A stretch of 63,442 bases of DNA, the filler included, from Octopus bimaculoides (Eukaryota): the NCBI RefSeq assembly GCF_001194135.2. It is 4 parts of 4 records of this genome, joined end to end, with 100 filler letters (N's around TTAATTAATTAA, not from the genome) between each part and the next. Parts side by side here need not be neighbours in the genome. Positions count along the whole stretch, not along the records: positions 23,149 to 53,537 come from NC_068987.1; 3 more parts are not named here. The stretch is one strand, 5' to 3'. The number at the start of each line of letters is the position of its first letter. Within the stretch, counting starts at the first letter, position 1. The position numbers and the translations under genes were made by a program. A model generated the notes under the pieces. That model saw nothing but the letters and a program-made list of their open reading frames with translations. It was not told where the DNA came from and made no database searches. Shown here one piece after another: positions 23,353-39,789 of the stretch.

Positions 23353-24773
23353 CGTCTTTCTGCCTATCTGTTCGTCTGTCTATCTATTTATACAACATAC
23401 TTTATTAACAAGTCAAAAATGTGTAGCCTTTAATTTTCTTTGTTTTAAATCTAATGCTAACTGAATTTTCTAATTTTTCCAACTGATATTTTAGGCAAGA
23501 TGTTCAATTAACTAAACTTCAGTTAGTGTGATGTGATGTCCTTAAGGCAGTCGATTTTTCTCAACTTTCGTTTCGAACAGAAGAGTTTCTTGCATGAAGC
23601 AACAGAAATATAAATGAACTTCTGGCGTTTTGTCTTGTCAGCATAGTTTCATCATGATTCAGAAAACGTAAGAAAAGAAATACTAGATTTGAAGAGGCAT
23701 TCGTGTCTGTCATTTTCCCTTTCAGCCATCATCGATGGAATAAAAAAAACAAAAACAAAAAAAGCCAAAAAGCAAAAACAAAAACAAAACATTAATAAAT
23801 AAAATATAACGTTCATGATTCTACAATTGTTGTAAACTGTCTTTAGTGATCCCACCCTCGCCTTTCCCTTCGCTATAACGACTTAGTGCTTGTTGTTCAC
23901 AACATCTCTTCCTGTCCCCCTCTTTCATCCACGTTTGATGGACTCAGTTTCTTTACTAGCCTGAAACATTTCATGATCTTTCAATGGTACTGTTCTATAA
24001 TTACTTCACGTAGAATCCCATGCTTGCTCCTTAGAAACCCTAAACATCCATGCTGTCTTGTCTCACTAAATTGGATCAGTTCCCCAAGGACGTTACTGCC
24101 GAAGATCATTGCAGCTTACACCAAAATTTTTGATGAGAACACCATTGCCTTCGGTAAACAACAGAAAGATAAAGAAACAGTATAATGCAACCGAAACACA
24201 GCCTTTCATTCGTAGTTACATATGCCCCAAATCCTCTCATAAAAAAGATATGCACGTATGCATTATACAATTACGTGAATACATACACGCGTATGTATAC
24301 GCATACATACAGTTTAATGAAAAATGCATGCACTAGTAAGGGATAATGGTACAGAGGTCTATATGCTGATCTAAGAAATATATAAAAATAAAAAATAAAA
24401 AATAAAAACAAAAACAAACATCGCTAACAACAACAACTGCAAAAACAATAACAAAAATGTAACAAATTAAACATACAAGAATAAAATCTTTTTATTTGTG
24501 TATTTTTTTTTTATGCCGGACATTTAGAAAACTGAACTGTGCTAAAGTTTTTTTCCGAGGGCACGAAAGTTCGAATAAGAGGGGGAAACTTACTTAATAA
24601 AGGAAACAAGGAGTTTGTTTATTGAGATTAATATATTGACATGCGGGTAACAGTATTAAGTTATATGTGAATGTCTGTAGGTCTATTTGTAGATGTGTAT
24701 ATCTATATATGTCTCTTTCTTAACACATCTATCTGCATATATACAATATGCATATATATAATACGTGTGTGCC

Positions 24774-24823
<50 letters not shown>

Positions 24824-25146
24824 NNNNNNNNNNNNNNNNNNNNNNNNNNNNNNNNNNNNNNNNNNNNNNNNNNNNNNNNNNNNNNNNNNNNNNNNNNNNN
24901 NNNNNNNNNNNNNNNNNNNNNNNNNNNNNNNNNNNNNNNNNNNNNNNNNNNNNNNNNNNNNNNNNNNNNNNNNNNNNNNNNNNNNNNNNNNNNNNNNNNN
25001 NNNNNNNNNNNNNNNNNNNNNNNNNNNNNNNNNNNNNNNNNNNNNNNNNNNNNNNNNNNNNNNNNNNNNNNNNNNNNNNNNNNNNNNNNNNNNNNNNNNN
25101 NNNNNNNNNNNNNNNNNNNNNNNNNNNNNNNNNNNNNNNNNNNNNN

Positions 25147-25201
<55 letters not shown>

Positions 25202-25374
25202 AAATATATATTATATATGTGTGTATATGTATATATATCCAGTGAGAGAGACAGAAACAACGAGGAGGTAGATGGATAAATGAATACATTGAAACACTAT
25301 GAAGTTTCAATAGAAAATACACACATATAGAGACAAACACACACACACATATATACGACGGGCTTCTTTCAGTT

Positions 25375-25500
25375 TCGTCTACCAAATCCACTCACAAGGC
25401 TCTGGTCAGCCCGAGGCTATAGTAAAAGACACTTGCCGAAGGTGCCAAATAGTGGTACTGAACCCGGAACCATGTGGTTGGGAAGCAAGCTACTTGCAAC
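25375..25500 (-). mobile_element. SINE family A 5' half
   Basis: gacgggcttctttcagtttcgtctaccaaatccactcacaagg...gaacccggaaccatgtggttgggaagcaagcta. Confidence 0.85.
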
Positions 25501-25564
25501 ACGACATTTTTCTGTTCCTCACTATACGTGTTCGTGCGTTACGTTTTTAATATTAACAACGGAA

Positions 25565-25775
25565 AAGGGGGTGAGCTAGCAGAATTGTCAGCACGCGGGC
25601 TAAAATGCTTAGCGGCATTTCATTCGTTTTTACTTTCTGAGTTCAAATTCCGCCGACGTCGACGTTACCTTTCGGGGTCGACAAAATAAGTACCGGTTGA
25701 ACACTGGAGGTCAATTTAATCGACTTGCCCCTTTCCAGAAATTACTGGCTTTGTGCCAAAATTTGAAACAAATAT
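25565..25775 (+). mobile_element. SINE family B
   Basis: ggtgagctagcagaattgtcagcacgcggg...ctgagttcaaattccgcc (B-box-like)...aagtaccgg..ggaggtcaatttaatcgact. Confidence 0.85.
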
Positions 25776-26278
25776 TAACTACGGAACGAAATCGAGGTTA
25801 TATTTCCTATCTTAAAGTGAAGCAGTTTAGAATATTGCGCTTTCTAAAATCCTAAATATAGATACAAATCAGCGACATCATCCAAACACCCAGAACTATG
25901 GAACGAGATCGAAGACATAAATGAAACCTTGAACACAGTAAACCCACGTTGTGAGGTTTTATAAATTTATATATAAAATTAAAAATAAATGATTAAAACT
26001 GGAATTTCCACGGGTGTGACTGGCGTTTTCGAACATGAACCATGCCACAGGTATTTGCATAATTAAAACTTGCTAACACCTTGATTTATAATATTTGCAA
26101 AGTCGACCTCGGCGGAATTTGAACTCAAAATCTCGTTCGTCTTTACGCTCCATCCTTACGTTCCGCCGAAGTGCACTTTACCTTTCATCCTTTTTGGGGG
26201 TCAATAAAATTTGACCAGTTGGCCACTAGGATCGATGCAATCGATTAGTCCCTTCCTTCCAAATTTATTATTATTATT

Positions 26279-26748
26279 GAGTGAGAGAGCAGTGCATGCC
26301 ATCAAAGTGATACTGGGGTAAAATATACGAAGCCCATTATACCCCTCATGACTACTCGTCTGATTAGATACACCAGGCACATGCATCACAACCATATGTG
26401 CGCGACATGGTAAACAGCGCATGACCTCGCAGGTGGGGCCCAGTTAGAATTTTCTTCGGGTCGAGTAGCCCATCTGGCTCAAAATGTCCCTGAATAAGGT
26501 TTGTTTAAGGATGTTGAGCAAAGCACCCATGTTTCCAAAGGTGAATTATTCAAACCCCAAAGAACTCCTCTCAACACATGGCTATGATACTCCCCCACTA
26601 CTTCTGCTCATGATTAGAGATGCACATATCGTCAGCCACCAAGGGACATGCTCAAATGGTTAAGGTCAAACAACTGACAAGCAAATCTGTGGTATTAAGC
26701 AGAATATTTGCTGTAGCCCATCTTTTATACCAAGACAAAACAATGTAC
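26279..26748 (-). mobile_element. Non-coding retroposed repeat (family E), ~470 bp, with (AAT)n tail, flanked by (TAT)n on both sides and lying between SINE B pieces
   Basis: Collinear with 28838-29126; ttattattatt immediately left and tattattattatt immediately right. Confidence 0.75.
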
Positions 26749-28763
26749 TATTATTATTATTATTATTAGCATCATTTCGTTTGTTCTTACGTTCTGAGTT
26801 TAAACTCCGCCGGGATTGACTTTGTCTTTCATCGGAGGTCGATAAAATAAGTACCAGTTGAGTATTGGGCGTCGATGTAATTGACTGCCCCCTCCCTAAA
26901 ATTTCAGGCTTTGTCCCTATAATAGAAAGGATTATTATTATTATTATTATTATTATTGCAATGATTAAATAGAATACAGTTGTTTAATCAGTTACGGAAG
27001 CTTCTTTTCTTACTTAAGTGGAAGAATGAATTATATGTAGTGCTCTGTTGGATTGGAATCCCTTGAAGCCTTCATCATTACGTAAAGTATATACGGTTAG
27101 TTAGTTTGGCAGAGCCCTTTATTCTTCAAGTGAAATCCTTAGTCTACTTACACAATGAACTCAGCTATGCATGTTATTGAAATGTTCATTAATTGTGTAG
27201 TGTTATTGTTGCTTATAGCGGTTTCATAAATTATAGTGTAGAAACGTGACGAAACAGGCACCCCTAAACAGTTGGCCGGTAGGCAGACACTTTCTCTAGA
27301 ATCGGGAAACTGCTACCTTTATTGTTTTACAGAACAGGAACCACACAAATATGTTTTGTGACAGCTTAATTTACATCAGAATATATAATATATAGTTATC
27401 TTTGTTTTACGTCATAGAAGCAAAAAAAATATTTCATTTGTATTACATAACAACCGCAATGATATTTGGGTCTATTGAAACGTATTCATCATCGGAAGTT
27501 AGATCCGACAGCAGTGGAAATACCGCCTAGATGTACATATTTAACTGGTTTTTCGGAACACTTTATCAAATTAACAAGAGAACCATGACACATTTTCAAA
27601 TCCATATTGTAAGTTCGTGCCTTCTCTCTCTGAGCATCACTATACTGCGTTGATTGACCAATTTTCACCCTTTGGCCTGAAGGAGGCTCATTTCAGTGAC
27701 AGGCTATTATAACCAGATCTATTCATAATATCTCATTGCTTTATCAAAGTTTTTGCATAACAATTATTACTTTTAATTAATAATTACCCGTGATTATAAC
27801 TATCGTTCTTTTTCCTTTTCTATTTCATAGACGTCTCCTTCATCCAACGCGCAGCTAAAATTACGCTTCTATTGCTATTTAAGGTTTTTTCTCCTTATCC
27901 TCCAGCCACCCGCGTTTTTATTGTTGTATTCAAATTTCATAATAATTGCCAACTAATAGTGGCTGTCATTTGGACACACACTTTTTGTATTGTTAAACCT
28001 TTTATTTATTTTATTTATATTTTCTTATTATTCCAGTCTGTCTATATTTCAGTTTTATCTACCTTGTATTAATTATATTTACATGTATCACATATCAAAT
28101 CACTGTAAAAATTTCTTACCTTGTAGTGTTAGAAACAAACAAACTACAGTAGTTTCCTATTATCGACATTAATTTTTTTTGATATTTACTAAAAGATTAA
28201 TAAGCAAACTATTATTCTTATCTGACGGGTGTCATAGGAGTGATTGGCAGACTTTTGGAAAGCTTTCATTACCTTATGGACAAAGAAAAGGGAACGGAAT
28301 TGAGTTCGTGTTTTTAGAGTTTGTTTACTAATATTTTAGTAGATAAAAAATTAGCTGTTGATAATAGAAAAGTATAGGAACGATTTTTCTTTAAAAGAAA
28401 ATGTTCAGACTTATTTTTTTTTATCTTGGACTATTAAAATCGAACGATCGATCGACAGATAAATAGTAGATAGACAGATAGAGCGATATGTATTTATAGA
28501 TGTGAACGAAAATGAATCTGGCAGGTAACTAATGACTTGAGGATTCTTCGGAGTGAAAATGTCACCAGTTGGTATTATTTAGTCATATGACCCACAGCAA
28601 ATAGCATCCAATTCTTCCTTTACTGTCTTAAATCAAATATAGTTACTCTTAAATGAAAGGTAAAATTTCACCAGCCAGTAGAAATTTATCAAGCGTAAAA
28701 TGAAGAAACTTCTACACGCAAGCTTTATTATTATTATTATTGTTATTATTATTATTATTATTA

Positions 28764-28837
<74 letters not shown>

Positions 28838-29126
28838 GAGTGAGAGAGCAGCGTATGCCATCAAAGTAGCACTGGGGTAGAAATATACGAATCCCAATAT
28901 ACCCATCATGACTACCCGTCTGATAAGGGTACACAAGGCACATGCATCACAACCATATATGCGCAACATGGTAATCTCATATCAAGATAAACAGCGCATG
29001 GCCTTGCAGGTGAGGTCCAGCTAGAATTTTCTTCAGGTTGAGTAGCCCATCCAGCTCAAAAGGTCCTTGAATAAGGTTTGTTTAAAGATGATGAGCAAAA
29101 CACCAATGTTTCCAAAGGTTAATTAT
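28838..29126 (-). mobile_element. Family E repeat, 5'-truncated copy with long (AAT)n tail (28724-28837)
   Basis: Same 3' terminus (gagtgagagagcag on plus) as 26279; homology ends after ~290 bp. Confidence 0.75.
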
Positions 29127-29364
29127 TTTATTTTCTCACCTCTACCTTCAAAATTGAACTTTAGCGTGCAAAAAAATATACTAAAAAACCTGTAATTTAA
29201 GTCTTAAAAAATTCTCGAAGCTTCCTCCCAGAAGTTCAGTCGTGAATAAAAGTCTAAACTGCAATGTAAAACGGTCTTTTATTGGTTAAATAGTTAGCAA
29301 CCTAACGGGTAAATATACTCTACGCTCAGACCGGAAAACCGGCCTGGCAGGTTCAAAAGGTTAA

Positions 29365-29715
29365 GCGGCAAAGGAAGTGAGCTTGCAGAACCGTTAGCAC
29401 CCCAAGCTCAAATTCTGCTGAGGTCGACTTTCCTCTTTTTGGGATCGATAAAATAAGTACCAGTAAAGTACTGGAGTCGATGTAATAAACTTCCATCTTA
29501 CCTCAAAAACTGCTGGCCCTGTGCCAAAAATTTAAAACCGTTATTAAAGTGGTGAGATAGCAGAATCGCAACGGCATCGGGCAAAATGCTTTGCAGAATT
29601 CCTCCAGCCCTTTACACTCTAAGTTCAAATACTGCCGAGTTCAGCTTTGCCTTAATCTTTTCGGGGTGGATAAAGTAAAGTACCAGTAAAATACTTGGAT
29701 CGAAGTAATAGACTA
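29365..29715 (+). mobile_element. Two tandem SINE family B copies
   Basis: gtgagcttgcagaaccgttagc...aagtaccag..ctggagtcgat, then gtgagatagcagaatcg...aagtaccag..cttggatcga. Confidence 0.75.
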
Positions 29716-30923
29716 ACTCTCTATTTGCTTAATGATATCATCCAGTAATTATCGCTTCCTCTCTAAGTGTTCACAATAAGCGGCTTTCCCTATTATTGAT
29801 TGCGAGCGCAAACGATAGATTAAGAAAACTAGGAGCAACCGAGAGGTAAAACCGACATTGTCTTGTATCCATGACCAAAATCTAAGCTAATCCGTCACCA
29901 AGCACAAAATAGTGGTTTAGCCATAGTCACTTCTGACAGAAAAGATACCTATAACGAAAAGCGTTTTAATCGTGACCATTCCATCAGTTACCTCCAAACA
30001 TATTTTACCTATGACTACGTCATGCAATATAGTTTTCCTTCCTTAAATCGGAAGGCGGGATACTTGAGTAAGATTTGGTTACTCTTTTTAACAAGCCAAA
30101 TAACCCAGTGGTGGTTCCTTTGCACGGGTCGTATAATTAATTGCTATAGTCAGTTGTAACATTGTGATATTTAGCAGTGTTTCATTAACTTCCACTTAAT
30201 TCTGTTGAAGCTTAGCAATGAAAGAACACAACTTTATACAGAGAAACATTCTGCTCTTATCAACGATATGCAAGGGTAATCAGAAAACTGGGTTTGTCTT
30301 GGAATTTACGATCGAATTTTACCACAGTTATAATATGCTACGCTCAGTCCAAGCATGAGTACTTTAATCTGCAAAACTTGGACATCTGCCTACGTAAGAA
30401 CACAATATATTATTTCTAGCAATTCCTTATCATCTTCAACAAAATTACCTACTTTATTTGACTAAAGCAGTACACCGCTGTTTTTAATATATCTTGCTGC
30501 AGTGCAAGAGTTATATCATATACCGTGTGAAGATATAATTTAATTTGGCGTTCTCTAAAGTATATTTACTTTTCATTTGGTGAAAATGCATTAAATGATT
30601 TTACTATTTCCAGAGCCTATCAGCAACTGGACCAAGCATCAAAGCCGACAAGAAACCTATCACAGTCGGAGGTATCATAAAAGCTATAACTCAGCGAGTG
30701 GTCTTATTGTAATAAACTTGTGTTAATAGAAGTCATCATAAAATATCCATGTGTAAATGAAGAAAATCATCAGATACACGTGTGTTTGTAAGAGCGCCCG
30801 CGCTCACGAACACATATTTCTGTTTAGGTCGATATTTACGCTTACATATTATATATATGCTTTGATGACGCACGTTCATTTACGTGTATACATATGTACA
30901 TTGATTTTTTAGACACATACACA

Positions 30924-30954
<31 letters not shown>

Positions 30955-31228
30955 NNNNNNNNNNNNNNNNNNNNNNNNNNNNNNNNNNNNNNNNNNNNNN
31001 NNNNNNNNNNNNNNNNNNNNNNNNNNNNNNNNNNNNNNNNNNNNNNNNNNNNNNNNNNNNNNNNNNNNNNNNNNNNNNNNNNNNNNNNNNNNNNNNNNNN
31101 NNNNNNNNNNNNNNNNNNNNNNNNNNNNNNNNNNNNNNNNNNNNNNNNNNNNNNNNNNNNNNNNNNNNNNNNNNNNNNNNNNNNNNNNNNNNNNNNNNNN
31201 NNNNNNNNNNNNNNNNNNNNNNTGTGTA

Positions 31229-31463
31229 CAGTAATTCCGGGACTATCGCGGGTGTTACGTTCCAAAACCCTCCACGATAGGTGAACATCCACGAAGTAGG
31301 AACAGTACTGTACTGTATATCTTTTTATCATTTTTATAATTTGTATACATTTATTTTATTATAAACGCAAAACAACACCGCAGAGGAATAGACGTAAGCT
31401 TAATTAATGAACCGCGATAACTGAACCGCGATAGGTGAACCGCGATATGGCGAGGGATTACTA
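31229..31463. mobile_element. pogo/Tigger-type MITE with TA target duplication
   Basis: TA|cagtaattccgggactatcgcggg ... ccgcgatatggcgagggattacta|TA; internal gaaccgcgata triplication. Confidence 0.75.
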
Positions 31464-31856
31464 TATATATATAACAATAAGAAAATGAAAGGGAATAGGT
31501 GGTATTCATCAACTTGCAGACGTTGTATTGTGTCAATTTACTTGTTTAATTGTTTACTAAAAGGACAATAATAACAATATACAAATACATGTGACATATG
31601 TGATATCAGTAATTAAAAATGGCATATAGTGACAGAAAATGGGATAATGTCTTACAGCTCTTTCAGTCTAGAGGTCACTCAAGATGAAGCAATGGTAAAA
31701 TATTTTTTTACCCGCACCCATTTATTGCACTTGGTAATGTAATTGCCATGCAATGAAAAAAACACTAGTGTATTAATAATTGGGTATTCTTCCGGCAGTG
31801 TATTAGATAGATATTATCCCTTAGTGGGTTGGATTCACAACCCCTAACTTTCTTGG

Positions 31857-31892
<36 letters not shown>

Positions 31893-32739
31893 ATTTCAAG
31901 TGGGAAACTTTTATTTCTCTATATTTGTGACAGCTTTAGCAATTTCGAGTTCTCCAAGACTTTCACTGCACTTTTATTGAAAGCTTCTCTTACTCTCTAT
32001 ATCTCTATTTTGTGCTATGTGAGGTTGCAGTTCTTTTGATTTCTCTCTCCTTATAAATAGAAAAAGTTGGATGTGGATGCAATTTGTTGTTGAGTGTAGA
32101 GTTTTATATTTAGTTGGCGTTATTTTTGTTCTGGTTGTGTTGTGTTTGTTGTTTATTCCCCTTGTATATTCGTAGTTTTGTTTTTGTGTTTTCTTTTTCT
32201 GTCTGCTAGTAAAGGAGGTGGTAGTGATGATGTGTTTCTTGTTGTTGTAAACCGAATATTGCTTGGGGTGGAGGTGAGGCTGGTGTTGTTTTGACTTTAA
32301 TTTCTTTCCTTTTTGATCCCGTCCACCCACCAAAGATTTTGCTTTTCTTTGCCTTCCCTTCTCAGGTAAGGTGGGAAGTCTCTGAAACGGGATGGGGCAA
32401 GGATATTTTTTCTGGTGTGTGTTTGGCTATGGCTGTGCATGTATGGAGGGAGGATAAGAGGCAGACGTAAAAAAAGAGTGCTGTAGTTGGAATGTACCCT
32501 GGGTGGTGATTATTTTGGTATAGCTATTATACCATCTTGCTACAGCTGAAGCATTTGATGCTGATGCTGTTGGTGCGATTGCTGTTGCTATTTCCACAGT
32601 TTCTGGTTGTGGGTGTCGTCATTATTGTTGCCGACGCTGTTGCTGTTGTTGATGTTGGTTCTGATGCTGTTATTACTGACTCGTTTTTACTTGCTTCTGC
32701 CTTTACTGTTGCACACTTTTGCTGTTGTTTGCAAACATA

Positions 32740-33020
32740 GAACCAGTCCTCCTTTTTCTTTTCCTGTTTCGGTTGAGTGGGTAGAAGGGTTTAAGATGGT
32801 CAGTCGTTCCACAGACATGAAATCTCGGTCGTCTTTCCTCCACAAAAATTTGTAGTGCTGCGCTACTCGACAAGGAGATAGCGTTTGGGATCCTTTCCAG
32901 ATGTTTTGGCTTTACACAGAGAAGGACATCTAATGTGGTCCACACCGGTCCTCTCGCCTCATTCTCTTCACATCCAGTAAAGTTTCGCTTTCCTCCATCG
33001 ATACGCACGCCTATATCCAA
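32740..33020 (-). mobile_element. Possible LINE ORF1 remnant with degenerate CCHC knuckle
   Basis: RIPNAISLSSSAALQIFVEERRPRFHVCGTTDHLKPFYP resembles the IP..I.....V.VEGRRP-Cx2Cx4Hx4C pattern, with two Cys lost. Confidence 0.4.
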
Positions 33021-33099
33021 CAGAGATCCAGCTCAGGTGGTTTCCCCGCTATTATGACTTTTACTACCTTTCTTTCCAATTAAATGGGAAGAGAGTGAA

Positions 33100-33482
33100 G
33101 TGCTCACTGCGACGGTTACGACGTCGAGGGTTCCAGTTGATCCGATCAACGGAACAGCCTGCTCGTGAAATTAACGTGCAAGTTGGCTGAGCACTCCACA
33201 GACACTTATACCCTTAACGTAGGTCTTGGAGATATTCAGTGTGACACTGAGTGTGACAAGGTTGGCCCTTCGAAATACAGGTACAACGGAAACAGGAAGA
33301 TAGAGTGAGAGAAAGTTGTGGTGAAAGAGTACAGCTGGGTTCGCCACAACCCCCTGCCAGAGCCTCGTGGAGATTTAGGTGTTTTTGCTCAATAAATACT
33401 CACAATGCCCGGTCTGGGATTCGAAACAGCGATTCTACCACTGCGAATTCGCTGTCCTAACCACTGGGCCTTTGCGCCTCCA
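33100..33482 (-). mobile_element. tRNA-derived SINE family C, full length
   Basis: Reverse of the family at 46395-46740; tRNA-like head (ggcgcaaaggcccagtggttagg...gtttcgaatcccagaccggg). Confidence 0.9.
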
Positions 33483-33580
33483 CATAAAGTGTAAGTATAC
33501 AGAAATAATCACTATTTTCCACCTTACTGATAGTTTTGTTTCATTTTGAAAAATAAAAATAAATATTTTATGGCTTATTA

Positions 33581-33992
33581 TTACTCTTTTACTTTTTTAC
33601 TTGTTTCTGTCATTTGACTGCAGCCATGCTGGAGCACCGCCTTTAGTCGAGCAAATCGACCTCAGGACTTATTCATTGTAAGCCTAGTACTTATTCTATC
33701 GGTCTCTTTTGCCGAACCGCTAAGTTACGGAGACGAAAACACACCAGCATCAGTTGTCAAGCGATGTTGGGGGGACAAACAGAGACACAAACATAGACAC
33801 ACACATACATACATATATATACCTATATACGACGGGCTTCTTTCAGTTTCTGTCTACCAAATCCACTCACAAGGTTTTGATCGGCCCGAGGCTATAGTAG
33901 AAGACACTTGCCCAAGGTGCCACGCAGTGGGATTGAACCCAGAACCATGTGGTTGGTAAGCAAGTTACTTACCACACAGCCACTCCTATGCC
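33581..33992 (-). mobile_element. SINE family A, full length, well conserved
   Basis: Near-complete reverse match to 49890-50300, including the (AAAAGAGT)-type tail. Confidence 0.9.
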
Positions 33993-34539
33993 TATATTTG
34001 TTTATATTTTAAATAATATATATATGAGGGCACAAAATTTTGTAAGGGCTTCGGGCCTCTATGGGTCTCAACAAAGCTTCAATAAGAAGTAGAGACAACA
34101 CTGATAACGCGAAAGGACAGAAGTTATGTGGTTGATAGAAGTGTCTGAGTGGTGACAAAATGCCTCATAGAATTAAGTTCATTATACCTTGTTCTTTTGA
34201 TGTTCTGAGTTCAAATCCTGTCAACAGCATTAATAATATTATTATTGCCAATCGTTATTATTGTTAATGTTATCATTAATGAGGGGTTTCCTCACCTTCT
34301 CCAGTTCATCGTGAGACGATATATGACATTTATAATTGCTGGTGTCGTTAGAGATTTTTGTTGTTGTTGCTGTCTTTGATGATGATATTTTCCCCGTTTT
34401 ATTGTTTGCTATCAGTGAGAGAAACTGGGCGAAATCAGGGCACCGCAGCCTACATGAGTAGATATACGTAAGAGATCTATACACTACACATCAGAGAAGA
34501 CTGATACACTCCAGCTCCCATCCCAATCCCTACACACAC

Positions 34540-37430
<2,891 letters not shown>

Positions 37431-37455
37431 GCTCAAACAATGGACAAACGCTCAC

Positions 37456-37547
37456 GCATTCACTGCAGAGAGCAGTGAGAGGCGCGCTAATTCTCTACTT
37501 CGTTCCAGCGCCCTCCAGAGCTCAGCACCGCTCAGCACTAACTCCTC
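37456..37547 (-). CDS. Candidate internal coding exon (92 nt) of an unidentified gene
   Basis: GC-rich island between microsatellites; acceptor gattttactcccag|, a single open frame EELVLSGAELWRALERSRELARLSLLSAVNA, donor |gtgagc. No homology recognised. Confidence 0.35.
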
Positions 37548-38398
37548 CTGGGAGTAAAATCACTTTATAAAGCTCTGTGTAGTAGTAGTAGTAGTAGTAG
37601 CTTTAGTAGTCTTTGTCGAGAAGGGGGTGGTATTGGTGATGGTGGTGGTGGTGGTGGTGGTGGTGGTGGTAGTGGTGAATGCAGTTATTTCCCTTTAAGT
37701 CCAAGAAATTCACCGCAGTAAAAAGGAGTGGTTAATCACTGTGCTTGTGAAGTACGTGAAAAATAAGGGAGCAAGTTCGACTCCTTTAGGGGGTGTTGCG
37801 GAAAACTGTAGGGGGTCCTCTATGACAGAATCTGAGTCATTTGTTGTTGAATTACATCTTCACCTCCTGTCATCAGAGAACCTCTTGGGCGATGGTAAAT
37901 GGTGATAAGTTAGTTGTCAAGCCACAACGCAGACACGAAGCCCTATCTATTTAATATTGTATGTGTGTATATATTTATACATTCACATGTACAAATGTGA
38001 ACGTACACGTATGTATGTAGATGTATGTATATAAATATGTATGTATTTATATATATGCAGGCAGGTATGTATGTATGTAGATACAGACAAGCATACTAAA
38101 GCGTGCTCTGGCAAATCTCATATAGAAACGTATACAAAGAACCATACGCACAATAAATACAAATGGACACTCACACACAATCATACACACATATACGTAC
38201 ATGCATGCATACATTCGTACATACATACATACAGACAGACAAACTTATAAATTCACATATGCGAAGACACGTGTGTACAAGTATTACTTATATACATCAC
38301 GTTAGCAATGCATTTCTCAAGATATAAAATAAAAAGACTTTATATATCTGTGTTAGAATATTATGCCTCGCTCGATGTCTGTCTGTCTGTCTGACGAT

Positions 38399-38467
<69 letters not shown>

Positions 38468-39556
38468 AGTGTGTGTATGTGTGTGAGTTTGAGTGTGTGT
38501 TGTTGTGTGTGTGGGAGTGTGTGTTTGTGTGGTATTCGTATGCAATTTAATTATATGATTTACTGTAGCTCTCTGTCTCTTTCTATCAATTTACTTATCT
38601 ATATACACACAAATCTATACATGTGAGTGCGCGCGCGTGTTTGCGTGTGTGCGTGTGTTTTTTTCTTTGTATTTGTACTCACATATAGAGGTAGCAATTT
38701 AAAAAGTTAGTTAAAGACATTTATAGAGAACTGAATATTCTCAGATGAATGTGTATGTATATATTATAGGAGACACTTGCCAAGAAGTGAGATGGAAAAC
38801 GCGCGTAGTTGAGAAGCAATCATTTTAAACAGACGGCCATATCTGGAGAAAAATGTGTAAGAGCGAACACGTATATTGTAGGAAGATTATAAGCCTAACA
38901 ATTATAGAACCAACAGTTCTCTCTTTATATCCCACTTTTGTCAATAGAAATTACACGCATTTATTCTTCATTTTAATGACAAAAAAGTAGAACTAGTTAA
39001 TGCAGTTTCTATGACATCTGCGACGTATTTCTCGAAGTCTCCAAGACGAATAGGAGAAAGGACGGAATATATTTCTACACCGAATAGTTGCAACAGATTA
39101 AACTCCACTAAAAGTAACCAAGGAGCTTATAGGGCGAATAATTGTTTGCTACACAAGAATTATAATCCGACGGTACGAACTTTGAAATAGTTTCTGTACG
39201 CTCTCTATTCTTGAGATTCTGGAAGAAGCCACTTCCTCAGTTTGGCGAACAGCTGGACCGAGCCCTGAACAGAGTGACCACGAGGCGAACCTTTTAATAG
39301 CATGACTGTTCCTGCATAGCGATCAATAAAGTAAAGACATAAAATAAAACTAAGAAAAAAACAACAAACAAAAACAAAAATCAAATGTTACTGTACAAGA
39401 ATATCAAACGTGTGAGAATTAGTTATAACATAAGCTTCCGGTTGGTTAGTTGTGACTAAAAAGTAGTTTCGAATCCTTGTTAAAGTCATGCATACAAACT
39501 TGCATACATACAAACATACATGCATACGTACGCGAATACATATTTGTAAGTTCATA

Positions 39557-39789
39557 CAAGATTGGCCAAAAGTCACCTGACACTAAAGCAAAACCATTGA
39601 ATTCCAAGATTTATTTATATTTAACAACTGAATGAATTTAATAAATGCATCTCAATATGAAACATCATGAAAATTGTTCAAAGTGAAGTCCATCTTGAGC
39701 GACACATTTTTCCATTCGAGTCAATATAGAATTACAGTTAGTATTTATGGAATTTTGATCTACTGTCGGGTGACTTTTGGCGAATCCTG
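39557..39789. mobile_element. Tc1/mariner-type MITE with TA target duplication
   Basis: TA|caagattggccaaaagtcacctgaca ... tgtcgggtgacttttggcgaatcctg|TA; terminal repeats match at 23/26 positions. Confidence 0.85.

Noticed and set aside
37503-37540. cagcgcc and ctcagcacc resembling REST/NRSE half-sites
   Set aside because: Halves are in the wrong order and spacing, and REST is not expected outside chordates.
39130-39317. Minus-strand acceptor-like site followed by NSHAIKRF...SRIESVQKLF
   Set aside because: No donor before the stop; the RIESVQ motif is more like a LINE RT C-terminal relic, and evidence is too weak to call either.
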